This document shows positions 11,625 to 22,278 of a DNA stretch of 64,000 bases, piece by piece; positions within the stretch are counted from its first letter, which is position 1, and each line of letters opens with the position of its first letter. Both the position numbers and the translations under genes were made by a program. Source of the DNA: Bdellovibrionales bacterium (GTDB lineage Bacteria; Bdellovibrionota; UBA1018; JADZFF01); contig JADZFF010000012.1 in assembly GCA_020850015.1 (NCBI GenBank), forward strand, positions 8,994-72,993. The letters run 5' to 3'. The notes below the pieces were generated by a model. That model was not told where the DNA came from. It saw only the letters and a list, made by a program, of their open reading frames with translations, and did no database searches.

Positions 11625-14335
11625 ACGAGCTCTATCCCGCTGAAGAAGTTGTTGCGGAGGAGCCCCGAGGCACGCGCCTCGTTAAGGTGCTTTTCTTCGC
11701 CGGAGTAACGGCGGCCCTGGGAGGGCTGTTCCTCAGCCTCTATCTCTATTGGCAGCTATCGAGGGGGTTGCCCAGGATCATCTCGCTGGCCGATTACCGC
11801 CCCTACGGAGTCACCAAGGTTGTTACTCTCGAGGAAGACCAAGAAAAAATCTTAGGCGAGTTTTACAAAGAGCGGCGGTACGTCGTTAAATATGAGGACT
11901 TCCCCCCTCTGGTCAGCCAGTCGTTCATCGCAGCCGAGGACGACCGCTTCTTCGAACACAAGGGAATCAGCCTTTCAGCGATTCTTAGGGCCAGTATCGC
12001 GAATTTCCGGGCAGGCTACGTTGTTCAAGGGGGAAGCACGATCACGCAACAGGTGGCGAAGTCTCTCTTCCTGACCCCCGAGCGGAGTTACATCAGGAAA
12101 ATCAAGGAGGCGATTCTAGCGAGCCGCATTGAGAGCAACCTCACGAAAGAGCAAATTCTTTTCCTCTACTTGAATCAGATCTACCTCGGTCATGGAGCCT
12201 ATGGAGTGGAAGCCGCTGGAAGGGCTTACTTCAGGAAATCCACGCCGGAGCTGACGCTGGGCGAGTTGGCGCTGCTAGCGGGCTTGCCGCGTGCTCCGAG
12301 CGCGTTCAATCCGTTCACGAATCCGTCCCGGGCCAAACAGAGGCAGCTCTACGTCCTCAAGCGCATGAACGAGAGCGGTTTCATCACGCAGGAACAGATG
12401 ATGGAGGCGGCCTCGAAGCCCCTTCGGCTTTATCCCGTCCAGGACATCAACTTGGAGTACGCCCCGTATTTCGTGGAGCATGTAAGACGCTACCTCCTAG
12501 AGGAGTACGGAGAGGCGGCAGTCTATCAGGAGGGACTCAAGGTATTCGTGCCCTCTCGGAAGGCCGTCTACGAGGCGGCGAGCAAATCGGTTCGGGATGG
12601 CCTCCGCGCGGTGGATAAGCGGCGGGGCTTTCGCGGAGCGATCTCGCACCTAGCTGGCGCGGAGGAGATACAAAAGTTCTCAGACGAGCAACGAGAACAG
12701 GTCATTAAGAGAAAGTTGGACTATCAGCTCCTTCTCCCCGACGGAAAACTAGGGGTCATCGAGGCGATCGCCGAGGCCGGGCTGACGGCGGAGTCGCAGC
12801 TGCTCGACGTAGACCAGACCTTTCACGCCGTCGTGACAGAACTCGACGATCTTGCCAGGGTGGCCAAACTCCTGGTGGGGCATGTGCCCGTCGTTCTGCC
12901 GATGAATGAGATGGAGTGGGCAAGGCCGGTATCCGATGCGGTTACCAAGCCAAGGGCTCCCCGCCTCCCTAGCGAGGTTCTTTCGAAAGGGGATGTCGTC
13001 TTAGTTCGAATTGTGAGGAAGGAGGCCGCTGATGCGAGCCCCGCCTCCCTGAAGACGCCGGAAAAGGCCGCTGCGGAGATCGCCTCATCCGGAGTTCCTG
13101 AAAGGGTGATTGTTGCGCTGGAACAGGAGCCCGAGGTTCAGGGCGCGCTTCTCTCGATCGAGGCAGGGACGGGAAACGTTCTGGCTATGGTCGGGGGGTA
13201 CGAATTCGCCAAGTCGGAATTCAATCGCGCCACCCAAGCCAAGAGGCAGAGCGGGTCTGCGTTCAAGCCGGTGATTTACTCTGCCGCGATTGAGAGGGGG
13301 TATACGCCGTCGTCGATCATTGTAGATTCGCCTATTGTTTATAAGGACGACGAGACCGGTAAGTGGAAGCCAGCGAATTTCTCGGAGCGCTTTTACGGCG
13401 ACACAACGCTTCGCATGGCCCTCATCAAGTCTCGCAATATCCCGACGATCAAGCTGGTTCAGGATCTCCAGGTGCCAAGCGTGATTCAGTACGCGAGGCG
13501 CCTTGGAATGGAGGGCGAATTCAATGAGGATCTCTCGATTTCCCTGGGAAGTGGGACGACGACGCTCCTGGAGTTGTGTAAGGTCTACGGGCTCTTTCCC
13601 AGGATGGGCCGGCGCGTCGACCCCATCTTCATCCGGAAAGTCGTAGATCGGGATGGGCAGGTCCTGGAGGAAAATCTTCCTCAGCTGGTTCCGGATTTCT
13701 CACGCCCGGATGAGGTGATGCTCTATACGGCGGCCAATATTCCCAGGGCGGTTAAGGGACCAGAGGCCGGCCCGGCCGTGCCGGGCGCGGCCGACGCGCA
13801 GGAGGCGAAGGAGAGGGCGATCGACGATCCCACTCAACCGGCGGACGAGCTCCAGCGGATGGATCCGCGTGTCGCCTATGTGATGACCCGACTTCTGAAG
13901 GATGTGGTTGATTTCGGTACCGGACGCTCGGCGCGCTCGCTCGCGAAGTCCGTTGCCGGCAAGACCGGAACGACCAATGAATACAAAGACGCTTGGTTCA
14001 TGGGGTTTACTCCGCATGTGATTACGGGCGTGTGGGTGGGTTTTGATGACCAGCGCAGCATGGGAGGAACTGAGACCGGCGCTGGCGCAGCACTTCCCAT
14101 CTGGACCGAGTTCATGAAGGAGGCCATCAAGGGCTATCCGGACACGGATTTCGCGATACCAAACGGAGTGGTGCTTGCCGCAACCGACAATCTGACCGGG
14201 CGGCTCACCATGCCGGATGCGTCGAACTCGAGGATAGCGGCCTTCCTAGAGGGATCAGAACCGACGGAGGTTTCCCGAGGGGAAGGCGACTCCGTGGACA
14301 GCGAGAGCGAGTTTCTTAAAGAATCGTACGAATAG
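11621..14335 (+). CDS. mrcA: class A penicillin-binding protein 1A (glycosyltransferase plus transpeptidase)
   Basis: GT51 motifs EDDRFFEHKGIS and GGSTITQQVAK. Transpeptidase motifs SGSAFKP (SxxK) and KTGTT. N-terminal membrane anchor. Confidence 0.9.
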   Translation: MNELYPAEEVVAEEPRGTRLVKVLFFAGVTAALGGLFLSLYLYWQLSRGLPRIISLADYRPYGVTKVVTLEEDQEKILGEFYKERRYVVKYEDFPPLVSQSFIAAEDDRFFEHKGISLSAILRASIANFRAGYVVQGGSTITQQVAKSLFLTPERSYIRKIKEAILASRIESNLTKEQILFLYLNQIYLGHGAYGVEAAGRAYFRKSTPELTLGELALLAGLPRAPSAFNPFTNPSRAKQRQLYVLKRMNESGFITQEQMMEAASKPLRLYPVQDINLEYAPYFVEHVRRYLLEEYGEAAVYQEGLKVFVPSRKAVYEAASKSVRDGLRAVDKRRGFRGAISHLAGAEEIQKFSDEQREQVIKRKLDYQLLLPDGKLGVIEAIAEAGLTAESQLLDVDQTFHAVVTELDDLARVAKLLVGHVPVVLPMNEMEWARPVSDAVTKPRAPRLPSEVLSKGDVVLVRIVRKEAADASPASLKTPEKAAAEIASSGVPERVIVALEQEPEVQGALLSIEAGTGNVLAMVGGYEFAKSEFNRATQAKRQSGSAFKPVIYSAAIERGYTPSSIIVDSPIVYKDDETGKWKPANFSERFYGDTTLRMALIKSRNIPTIKLVQDLQVPSVIQYARRLGMEGEFNEDLSISLGSGTTTLLELCKVYGLFPRMGRRVDPIFIRKVVDRDGQVLEENLPQLVPDFSRPDEVMLYTAANIPRAVKGPEAGPAVPGAADAQEAKERAIDDPTQPADELQRMDPRVAYVMTRLLKDVVDFGTGRSARSLAKSVAGKTGTTNEYKDAWFMGFTPHVITGVWVGFDDQRSMGGTETGAGAALPIWTEFMKEAIKGYPDTDFAIPNGVVLAATDNLTGRLTMPDASNSRIAAFLEGSEPTEVSRGEGDSVDSESEFLKESYE

Positions 14336-14414
14336 CGTCGATAGCCCCTAGAGAGGCCGCCCCATCTTATGGGCGGCGCCGGGCCGGGATGGCCCGGGCA
14401 CTGCCAGGGGAAGC

Positions 14415-15257
14415 ATGGACGATCGCCTCAATCTCATTCGATCCTCGATAGTCATCTCCGTGGCGCTTCACCTTGCGCTTCTCGGTGGCGCAAAAGTCTT
14501 CTGGCCCGATCGGAAGGCGAAGGCCGAGAGGTCCATGAGCCTGATGTGGCTCGATGCAAGACCGCAGCCCCCAGCCTCTCGGCGCGAGCGGCGGGTTGTT
14601 GACAGTAAAGAGGGAGAAAGGACTCGAGTGGCAGCGCCAGACGCCTTTCTTGGGGCCGAGACGCGGCGAGTCGTGCGGGAATCAGTGGGGGAACTTCAAG
14701 CAGAGGCTGTTCCCGCGGCGGGTTCTCCGGCACAAGACAGCAAAGCCAGGGGAGAGCCGCCAGTTGCCCTTCGGACTCTCGGCGTACCCTTGCCTTCCGT
14801 GGATCCGGGCTCGCGCAATCCCGCCTCCGATCGGGTTTGGAGCACCTTTGCCGGCCAGTATGGCTCGGTGTCCCGAGATTATGTCGAGGGACTGAAGGCG
14901 GGTGAACAGACGGCCCTCAATACAAAAGAGTTCGTGTTCTACGGCTACTTTGAGCGGATCAGAGCCAGACTAGATCTGGCCTGGCAGCCGCTCCTTCGGG
15001 AGCATCTGATCAAGATGTACCGTTCGGGAAGGCGATTGGCGAGCGATCGCGATCATACGACCCGGACTCGGGTGGTGCTGGATACCCGGGGGAAGGTCGT
15101 TCGAGTGCAGCTCCTCGAGGCGTCAGGAGTTCTGACCCTGGACGACGCCGCTGTCGAGGCGTTCAACCAAGCGGGGCCGTTTCCTAACCCCCCAAGCGGT
15201 CTCATCAGTCCCCAAGGAACCGTCGAAATCCAATGGGAGTTCGTGCTTAAGACCTGA
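14415..15257 (+). CDS. TonB-family energy transducer (N-terminal anchor, Pro-rich spacer, TonB C-terminal domain)
   Basis: N-terminal transmembrane helix, proline-rich middle, and a C-terminal TonB-like fold ending ...AVEAFNQAGPFPNPPSG... Confidence 0.6.
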   Translation: MDDRLNLIRSSIVISVALHLALLGGAKVFWPDRKAKAERSMSLMWLDARPQPPASRRERRVVDSKEGERTRVAAPDAFLGAETRRVVRESVGELQAEAVPAAGSPAQDSKARGEPPVALRTLGVPLPSVDPGSRNPASDRVWSTFAGQYGSVSRDYVEGLKAGEQTALNTKEFVFYGYFERIRARLDLAWQPLLREHLIKMYRSGRRLASDRDHTTRTRVVLDTRGKVVRVQLLEASGVLTLDDAAVEAFNQAGPFPNPPSGLISPQGTVEIQWEFVLKT

Positions 15258-15621
15258 AGGTGCTCACAGGACGGCTTTGGGGGCCTCTGATCTTCTCCAG
15301 GCCCTCTCGCACCACGTATCTCGACCAGAGCGAATCCAGCTTTCGGAAGGTCTGGACGAGCTTTTCCGCGGCGTCGCGCTCTGAAAGGCGTTCCCGCTGC
15401 GCCAGCGCCTGGACGGAGCTCAGGATGCAATGGAACGCGGGCGACTTCATGACCCGAAAGAGCTCCTCGGAAAACTCCTCCGAGGAATCACCTTGGGTTG
15501 AAATCAGGGCCGTGTTGAATACACGAGCCAAGTGTTCTTCATTCGAAAACGAGTCGGAAGACGACAAGGAAGCACTCCCTTGGACGGACTCTGCGGATGT
15601 TCTGATCATGGATGGATTCAT
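15247..15621 (-). CDS. hypothetical protein (strand assignment uncertain)
   Basis: A 500-nt spacer between TonB and gcvP carries overlapping ORFs on both strands. The minus-strand product is less Ser/Arg-skewed and more protein-like than the plus-strand one. Confidence 0.3.
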   Translation of the reverse strand: MNPSMIRTSAESVQGSASLSSSDSFSNEEHLARVFNTALISTQGDSSEEFSEELFRVMKSPAFHCILSSVQALAQRERLSERDAAEKLVQTFRKLDSLWSRYVVREGLEKIRGPQSRPVSTFRS

Positions 15622-15758
15622 TGGGGGCTCGCTAGGGATGCGAACATAACGCTAATCAAAACCCAGTCACAAGAGGGCAGGGGCGAAATTCGTGTCAATC
15701 GGAAAAACCTCCGATCGACGAACTCGTCAACCACGGATCGTCCTGATAAACAGGTCGG

Positions 15759-18626
15759 ATGCGGGAAAACTCGGAATTCACGTTCGCGTCTCGGCATATC
15801 GGCCCCAGGGAGAAGGACATCGCAGCGATGCTTCAGTTCTTGGGGTATTCCTCATTGACGGAATTGATTGAAGCGACCGTGCCGGGAGACATCCGCTTCA
15901 GGAGCGAGCTGGATCTTCCCCCGCCGGAATCAGAGCTTGCGGCATTGGAGCATCTCAGGGGCATGATGTCGCGCAATCGCGTGCTGAGGTCCCTGATCGG
16001 CATGGGATATGCGGAGGGGATCACGCCGGGCGTAATTCAACGGAACATCCTGGAGAATCCCGGAGGGTATACCCAGTATACGCCGTATCAGGCTGAGATC
16101 TCGCAGGGACGACTTGAGGCGCTGCTCAATTTTCAAACTATGGTGAGCGACCTCACGGGGCTTGAAGTGGCGAACGCGTCGCTTCTGGACGAGGCCACGG
16201 CAGCTGCTGAGGCGATGGTGATGGTTCACACTCCCGAGACACCTGCTGACGCGGTCTTTTTTGTCGACGCGTCATGCCACCCCCAGACGATTGGCGTGGT
16301 GAAGACGCGGGCCGAGGCTATTGGCATCAGCGTCAAGGTGGGGGCGATGGCCGAGCTCTCCAAAGAGGGGGGACGGGTCTTCGGGGTTCTCTACCAGTAC
16401 CCCGACACGCTGGGTGCCTTACGGGATCCTGACGCGGTCAGCGCAAGCGCCCACGCCCTTGGGGCGAAGCTTATTGTCGCAACGGATCTGCTCGCACTTT
16501 GTCTGTTGAGGGAGCCAGGAGCTTTCGGGGCGGATGTCGCCATCGGCAACTCACAAAGGTTGGGTGTGCCTTTGGGTTATGGGGGGCCACATGCGGCCTT
16601 CATTTCCTGTCGTGAGGAGCTCAAGCGAAAATTGCCAGGAAGGATAGTCGGGGTTTCCAAGGACGCCCAGGGGCGCCCGGGCCTGAGATTGGCGCTTCAG
16701 ACCCGGGAACAGCACATTCGCCGGGACAAGGCCACTAGCAACATCTGCACGGCACAGGTGCTCCTCGCGGTAATGGCGGGGATGTATGCCGTTTATCACG
16801 GCCCCAGGGGGATGCGAGCGATCGCGGCGAGGGTGCATCGCATGACGAGGCTTCTGGCTGCAGGCCTTTCGGAAATGGGCTTCAGGCTGGAATCCGAGCA
16901 CTACTTCGACACAATAGCGGTGAAATTGCCGGGTGGGCGTCGCGATGCAATTGCCCAGGCCGCAGTCAGCCGCGGATTCAATTTGAGGGCATTTGGCTCC
17001 GAAGGATTGAGCATCTCGCTCGATGAGCGAACCGATGAGCGCGAGGTTGAGTCGGTTCTGGGGATATTTTCTGAGGGCAAGTCGGCCCCGCGCATTCAGG
17101 AACTGCGAACCCGCGTGGATGGGGCTGCAAGCACCGCATGGGAGCGCAAGAGCGCGTTTCTTCAACACGCTGTATTCAATAGCCACCACTCCGAAACCGA
17201 AATGCTTCGCTATATTCGGAGACTAGAGTCCCGGGATCTGTCGCTGACGACCTCGATGATCCCCCTGGGTTCCTGCACGATGAAGCTCAACGCCTCGGCA
17301 GAGATGTTTCCGGTGAGCTGGCCTGAGACGGCGCGGATGCATCCCTTCGTTCCCTTGGATCAGGCTCAAGGTTATCAGGAGCTCTTTCGCGATCTAGAGG
17401 GGATGCTTGCGCGAATTACGGGCTTTTCCGCGGTTTCGCTTCAGCCGAACGCTGGCTCCCAGGGCGAATACGCAGGACTGTTGGTGATCAGAAAGTACCT
17501 CCAGGAGAAGGGGCAAGGGGCCAGAAACGTCTGTCTGATTCCGCAGTCCGCCCATGGGACAAATCCTGCTAGCGCGGCCTTGGCGGGTATGGAGGTTGTC
17601 GTCGTTCGTTGCGACGATCAGGGAAATATCGACGTCTCCGACCTCCAGGCTAAGATCGACGCGAACTCGGGCCGCATAGCAGCGATGATGGTGACCTATC
17701 CCTCCACGCACGGCGTCTTCGAAAAGCCCATTCGCGAGATCTGCAAGAAGGTCCATGATGCCGGGGGCCAGGTGTATATGGACGGGGCGAACATGAACGC
17801 GCAGGTTGGACTTTGCCGGCCCGGGGACTTTGGACCGGATGTCATTCACCTGAATTTGCACAAGACCTTCTGCGTCCCCCATGGGGGCGGTGGCCCCGGC
17901 GTGGGGCCAATCTGCGTTCGGGAACACTTGGCGCCGTTTCTGCCCGGACACCCAGTGGTCAAGTCTGGGGGTTCTAAGGCGATCGGCCCCGTCTCCGCGG
18001 CCCCGTGGGGCAGCCCGAGCATTCTTCCGATCTCATGGATGTACATCCGCATGATGGGGCCGGAGGGGCTCAAGAAGGCGACTGAAGTGGCGATCTTGAG
18101 CGCGAACTATATCGCAAAACGGCTGGAGCCCTCATTTCCGGTTCTCTACAAAGGCAGCCAGGGGCGAGTTGCACACGAGTGCATCATCGATCTTCGCTCG
18201 CTCAAGGCGTCTTCCGGAATCGAGGTTGAGGACGTTGCAAAACGCCTGATTGATTATGGATTCCACGCGCCGACGATGTCGTTTCCGGTGGCCGGCACCC
18301 TCATGATCGAACCGACCGAGAGCGAGCCCAAGGCAGAGTTGGACCGTCTTTGCGATGCCTTGATCGCAATTCGAGGAGAGATGGACCGGGTGGCCTCGGG
18401 AAAATGGGACCGGAAGGACAATCCACTGAAGAACGCCCCCCATACTTCGGCTGCCGTGACCGCGTCAGAGTGGGTGCATCCGTATTCGCGGGAGGTGGGG
18501 GCATTCCCGGCCCCGTGGACGCGTGAGCAGAAATTTTGGCCTTCGGTTGCACGGATCGACAACGCCTACGGCGATCGCAACCTGGTCTGCACCTGTCCGC
18601 CGCTTGAGGCGTACCGCCCCACCTAG
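15759..18626 (+). CDS. gcvP: glycine dehydrogenase (decarboxylating), single-chain P protein
   Basis: 955 aa. N-terminal FxxRHIGP motif and PLP-dependent GcvP blocks throughout. Confidence 0.95.
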   Translation: MRENSEFTFASRHIGPREKDIAAMLQFLGYSSLTELIEATVPGDIRFRSELDLPPPESELAALEHLRGMMSRNRVLRSLIGMGYAEGITPGVIQRNILENPGGYTQYTPYQAEISQGRLEALLNFQTMVSDLTGLEVANASLLDEATAAAEAMVMVHTPETPADAVFFVDASCHPQTIGVVKTRAEAIGISVKVGAMAELSKEGGRVFGVLYQYPDTLGALRDPDAVSASAHALGAKLIVATDLLALCLLREPGAFGADVAIGNSQRLGVPLGYGGPHAAFISCREELKRKLPGRIVGVSKDAQGRPGLRLALQTREQHIRRDKATSNICTAQVLLAVMAGMYAVYHGPRGMRAIAARVHRMTRLLAAGLSEMGFRLESEHYFDTIAVKLPGGRRDAIAQAAVSRGFNLRAFGSEGLSISLDERTDEREVESVLGIFSEGKSAPRIQELRTRVDGAASTAWERKSAFLQHAVFNSHHSETEMLRYIRRLESRDLSLTTSMIPLGSCTMKLNASAEMFPVSWPETARMHPFVPLDQAQGYQELFRDLEGMLARITGFSAVSLQPNAGSQGEYAGLLVIRKYLQEKGQGARNVCLIPQSAHGTNPASAALAGMEVVVVRCDDQGNIDVSDLQAKIDANSGRIAAMMVTYPSTHGVFEKPIREICKKVHDAGGQVYMDGANMNAQVGLCRPGDFGPDVIHLNLHKTFCVPHGGGGPGVGPICVREHLAPFLPGHPVVKSGGSKAIGPVSAAPWGSPSILPISWMYIRMMGPEGLKKATEVAILSANYIAKRLEPSFPVLYKGSQGRVAHECIIDLRSLKASSGIEVEDVAKRLIDYGFHAPTMSFPVAGTLMIEPTESEPKAELDRLCDALIAIRGEMDRVASGKWDRKDNPLKNAPHTSAAVTASEWVHPYSREVGAFPAPWTREQKFWPSVARIDNAYGDRNLVCTCPPLEAYRPT

Positions 18627-19006
18627 AGGGATGCGATCAGTTTTTCATAGGCAGAAGCATCGATCAGATGCGCACAGGCTTCTGGCCCCGACACCTCGAT
18701 CGCAATAAGCCAGCCATCGCCATGGGGAGAGCGATTGATCGTGCTCGGATCGTCGACCAGGGCAGAATGCACCTCGATCACCTTGCCGTCCACCGGTGAG
18801 AAAAGATCTGAAACGGCTTTTACGCTCTCAACCACGCCAAAAGTTTCGCCCCGTCTTAGTTGTCGGCCCACCTTGGGGAGTTCTAGGAAAACGACATCGC
18901 CCAGGGCACTCTGGGCGTGGTCGGTAACTCCCACGGTAACCCGGTTGCCTTCGATCTTCGCCCATTCGTGATCTTCCGTGTACTTGAATTCCTTTGGGAA
19001 TCGCAT
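18623..19006 (-). CDS. gcvH: glycine cleavage system H protein
   Basis: Lipoyl-lysine motif VESVKA. Strong SD GAAGGAG upstream of the ATG at 19006. Its stop codon overlaps the gcvP stop (CTAG). Confidence 0.9.
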   Translation of the reverse strand: MRFPKEFKYTEDHEWAKIEGNRVTVGVTDHAQSALGDVVFLELPKVGRQLRRGETFGVVESVKAVSDLFSPVDGKVIEVHSALVDDPSTINRSPHGDGWLIAIEVSGPEACAHLIDASAYEKLIASL

Positions 19007-19017
19007 GGGGTGCTCCT

Positions 19018-20133
19018 TCAACTCTTTTTCTTTAAAAATGGCGTGGGAATGATTTTCGCGCGGACCAGGGTGCCGCGGATTTCAACGGCGACCTCGGTTT
19101 CCGCTTCCGCATGGCCGTTGGAAACGTAGGCGATTCCGATCGCCTTCTTCAGGGAGGGAGACTGGGTGCCACTAGTAAGAACACCCAATTCCGTGTGGCC
19201 ATCCAGAGACATGACCCTGTAGCCCTGACGCGGAATGCCGCGCTCAGTAAGCTCGAGCCCAACGAGTTTGCGTCGGATTCCAGCCATCTTCAGGGCCTCG
19301 ATCTTCTCCTTGCCGACGAAGTCGCCCTTGTCGAGCTTTGTGACCCAACCTAGCCCGGCTTCAATGGGATTCGTCTCGTCGGTGAGCTCGTGCCCATAGA
19401 GGGGATACTTCATCTCCAGACGAAGTGTGTCGCGCGCGCCCAAGCCGCAGGGCTTGAGGCCGCTGGGCGTGCCCGCATCCAACAAAGCCCGCCAAACCGT
19501 GGGCCCGTCACTCCAGGGACAATAGACCTCGAAGCCGTCTTCTCCGGTGTAGCCCGTTCGAGCTAGCAAGGCCGGGATGGAGCCGCATACAGAGCCTTCG
19601 GCGAACCGGTAGGTTTTGATTTCCGAAAGCTTCGTGCTTGTCAGCTTTTGGAGAATGAGCTCGGCCTTGGGCCCCTGAATCGCGATCTGCGAGTACGCTG
19701 TACTCTGATTCTCAAGCTTCACTCCGGGGAAGCGGGACCGTTCGGCCTGAAGCAGCCCGTCGAGGTGACTGAAGTCCTTGTCGATATTGGCGGCATTCAC
19801 CACCACCAAAAAGCGGTCCTTACCCCTACGATAGAGCACGAGGTCATCTACGATGCCCCCAGCGCGATTGCACATCGCGGTGTATTGAGCCTGTCCCGGA
19901 ACGGTCTTCGAAACCTGGTTCGTGACGGCGTAATCCAGGAAGGCTTCGGCATCCGCGCCCTCAACCAGGAATTCACCCATATGGCTGACGTCGAAGAGGC
20001 CGGCTGCGCCGCGGCAGGCGAGGTGCTCGTCTATGATTCCAGTGTATTGGACCGGGAGATCCCATCCACCAAAGTCCACCATGCGTCCGCCCAGGCGGAC
20101 ATGCTCGTCGTGCAGCGCTGTACGTTTAGGCAT
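19018..20133 (-). CDS. gcvT: glycine cleavage system T protein (aminomethyltransferase)
   Basis: 371 aa; GcvT fold conservation (GGWDLPVQYTGIIDEHLACR...). Confidence 0.9.
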   Translation of the reverse strand: MPKRTALHDEHVRLGGRMVDFGGWDLPVQYTGIIDEHLACRGAAGLFDVSHMGEFLVEGADAEAFLDYAVTNQVSKTVPGQAQYTAMCNRAGGIVDDLVLYRRGKDRFLVVVNAANIDKDFSHLDGLLQAERSRFPGVKLENQSTAYSQIAIQGPKAELILQKLTSTKLSEIKTYRFAEGSVCGSIPALLARTGYTGEDGFEVYCPWSDGPTVWRALLDAGTPSGLKPCGLGARDTLRLEMKYPLYGHELTDETNPIEAGLGWVTKLDKGDFVGKEKIEALKMAGIRRKLVGLELTERGIPRQGYRVMSLDGHTELGVLTSGTQSPSLKKAIGIAYVSNGHAEAETEVAVEIRGTLVRAKIIPTPFLKKKS

Positions 20134-20186
20134 GAATCAGGTCTACACAGCGGATTTGGCCATGTCTACGGGCATTTGCCCCGCGC

Positions 20187-21041
20187 TCACGGACCTTGCG
20201 CACGGCGCTCCGCCGCCTGAACGGTGTTTTCCAAGAGCACCGCGATGGTCATCGGCCCCACACCTCCGGGCACGGGGGTCAGCGCGGAAGCCACACGAGA
20301 AACGGCCTCAAAATCCACATCCCCTACAACTTTTCCGTCAGCGATTCGATGAATGCCAACATCAACGACCACGGCTCCGGGGCGGACGTGAGAGGCATTG
20401 ACCAGGCCCCGCTTTCCTGCGGCAACCACCAGTAGGTCCGCCTGTCGGGTGATCGCGCCCAGATCTGGGGTGCGGCTATGTGCCTGGAGCACGGTGGCAT
20501 CCGAATGGAGCAGGAGCATCGCCATGGGCTTTCCTACGATCGAGCTTCGGCCCACGACGCAGGCCACCTTTCCGGCGGGCGAGATTCCGTAATGTCTCAG
20601 GATCTCCATGACTCCCGTCGGAGTGCAGGGCTGGAGACAGGGGCGGTTCAGCGCGAGAAGCCCGACATTCTCGGGATGAAAGGCGTCGACGTCTTTCAGA
20701 GGGTGTACCCAGCGGATCACCTCATCTTCGGGAAAGTTGGGCGGTAGGGGGCGCTGGATGAGAATTCCATCCACGTCCGAAGCGTCATTGAGCCTCTGAA
20801 TTGCCGATCTCACTTCACTGGGAGAGGCATTCACCGGGAATTTCATGGTTTCATGGAGTAATCCGAGCTCGATGGCTCGTTTGCCCTTGCTGTTGGTGTA
20901 GATTGCGCTAGCCGGATCGTCGCCCACGAGCAGGACGACGAGTTTCGGTGCACGGCCCATCCGGGCGCGAAATGCTTCGAGTCGGGCGCGCGTGCGCTTT
21001 CCCAGGGATTCTGCGACGGGTTTGGCTGAGAGCAGCAACAT
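20187..21041 (-). CDS. folD: bifunctional methylenetetrahydrofolate dehydrogenase / methenyl-THF cyclohydrolase
   Basis: FolD blocks VGDDPASAIY, GILIQRPLP and TPTGVMEIL. Start taken at the internal ATG (MLLLSAK...), giving the canonical ~285 aa; the longer N-terminal extension is likely spurious. Confidence 0.9.
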   Translation of the reverse strand: MLLLSAKPVAESLGKRTRARLEAFRARMGRAPKLVVLLVGDDPASAIYTNSKGKRAIELGLLHETMKFPVNASPSEVRSAIQRLNDASDVDGILIQRPLPPNFPEDEVIRWVHPLKDVDAFHPENVGLLALNRPCLQPCTPTGVMEILRHYGISPAGKVACVVGRSSIVGKPMAMLLLHSDATVLQAHSRTPDLGAITRQADLLVVAAGKRGLVNASHVRPGAVVVDVGIHRIADGKVVGDVDFEAVSRVASALTPVPGGVGPMTIAVLLENTVQAAERRAQGP

Positions 21042-21384
21042 GCGGTCGATATAACACGGACACGCCGTTGCCCGGGGTGCAGAAATTCCCCGGTAAACTC
21101 GGCGAAAACTGCCCTCATGGGAAATTCTTACTGGGGCAGTACATGTCCGTGATTGTGCGTCAAGATTCTGGGCGATCCCTCGGATTCGAGAACGCGCGCG
21201 CAAAAAATCTTGTGTCTCCACGGGGATGATGAACAGCGGGAGATAGGCAACATCGGACCCAGTCGGTTTTCGCCTCAAGGAAATTCTACGGCATGCCGAT
21301 TGCTTTTACTTTGCCTAAGGACTGCGGTCATCCTCCAGGATGGAGGCGAGCGGGCCGGGGGCTTTTTGAAGAGGGGGAGACGAT

Positions 21385-22275
21385 TTGGCCAACGGGATGT
21401 GGCCCTCCGTTTCGGGTGCCGTTGCAAGGGCGCAGGCGATCGACACGATCGCCAACAACCTTGCGAACGCGAACACCGACGGCTTCAAGAAAGACCTCCC
21501 TACGTTCAAGGAATACCTCTCCGTGCTCGAGCGCGAAAAACTCGAAGCCGACATTCCTCGCGGTCCCATCAAGGACAAGGATCTTCATCCGCTCGACGGA
21601 CGCGACCAGGCATTCGTCGTTAACGACGGCACCTACACCGATTTTAAACAGGGAAACCTGAAGGTCACCCAGGCGCCGCTCGACATCGCGCTCGACGGCC
21701 CAGGATTTCTAGAAGTCAGCACGCCCAATGGCGTCCGCTACACGAGGCAAGGAAGCCTCAAGGTGGCCATGGACGGCCGGTTGGTGACGTCAGAGGGGTA
21801 CCCCGTGCTGACCGCTCAACCCGGAGGGCTGGCTGCGACGCCTGCTCCGAATGTTCAACCGGGCCAGGGAGGGCCATCGACTCAAGGAGGAGTCGCGGTT
21901 GAACTCGGAGCCGCGGAAATCGCGGCGAGGACCATCAACCTCAGAGATGCAGGAAGGGTATCCATCACGGACCAGGGAGACGTCTACGCCGGAGAGCGGA
22001 GAGTTGGCCGCCTGAGCGTGGTGGAGTTCTCAGACAGCAATGGATTGCGGAAATCCGGAAACGGGCTGTTCGAGGTGGCAAGCCCATCCGTGACCGCCAC
22101 CCCGATTCGGGAGACCGTCGTTCGGCAGGGAGTCGTTGAGGCCTCAAATGTGAATCCTGCGCAGGAGATGGCCGATCTTATTCGGGCACAGCGCCTCTTC
22201 GAACACGACCTGCGGGCAGTCAAGACGTTCGATTCCATGATGGATCTCGAATCCAACCAGGTAGGGAGGCTGTAA
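21385..22275 (+). CDS. flgF: flagellar basal-body rod protein FlgF
   Basis: Rod-protein N-terminal motif IANNLANANTDGFK and a conserved C-terminal helix (NPAQEMADLIRAQRLFE). Confidence 0.8.
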   Translation: MANGMWPSVSGAVARAQAIDTIANNLANANTDGFKKDLPTFKEYLSVLEREKLEADIPRGPIKDKDLHPLDGRDQAFVVNDGTYTDFKQGNLKVTQAPLDIALDGPGFLEVSTPNGVRYTRQGSLKVAMDGRLVTSEGYPVLTAQPGGLAATPAPNVQPGQGGPSTQGGVAVELGAAEIAARTINLRDAGRVSITDQGDVYAGERRVGRLSVVEFSDSNGLRKSGNGLFEVASPSVTATPIRETVVRQGVVEASNVNPAQEMADLIRAQRLFEHDLRAVKTFDSMMDLESNQVGRL

Positions 22276-22278
22276 CGG

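Noticed and set aside
14359-14386. GCCGCCC-N9-GGGCGGC hairpin after the PBP1A stop
   Set aside because: A 7-bp stem with no following T-run. Plausibly a weak terminator, but indistinguishable from chance GC palindromes.
15622-15758. Possible glycine riboswitch upstream of gcvP, and likewise upstream of folD-gcvTH at 21042-21384
   Set aside because: Visual scan found none of the conserved glycine-aptamer core elements on the relevant strand. Left as not supported; only a covariance-model search could settle it.
21069-21091. CCGGGG-N11-CCCCGG hairpin in the folD leader
   Set aside because: It is a short GC stem without a U-tract, and such palindromes are frequent in GC-rich DNA. No evidence for function.
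21042-21278. 79-aa N-terminal extension of folD in the track ORF
   Set aside because: Canonical FolD length (~285 aa) and conservation begin at the internal Met (MLLLSAKPV...). The extension has no FolD-like sequence.
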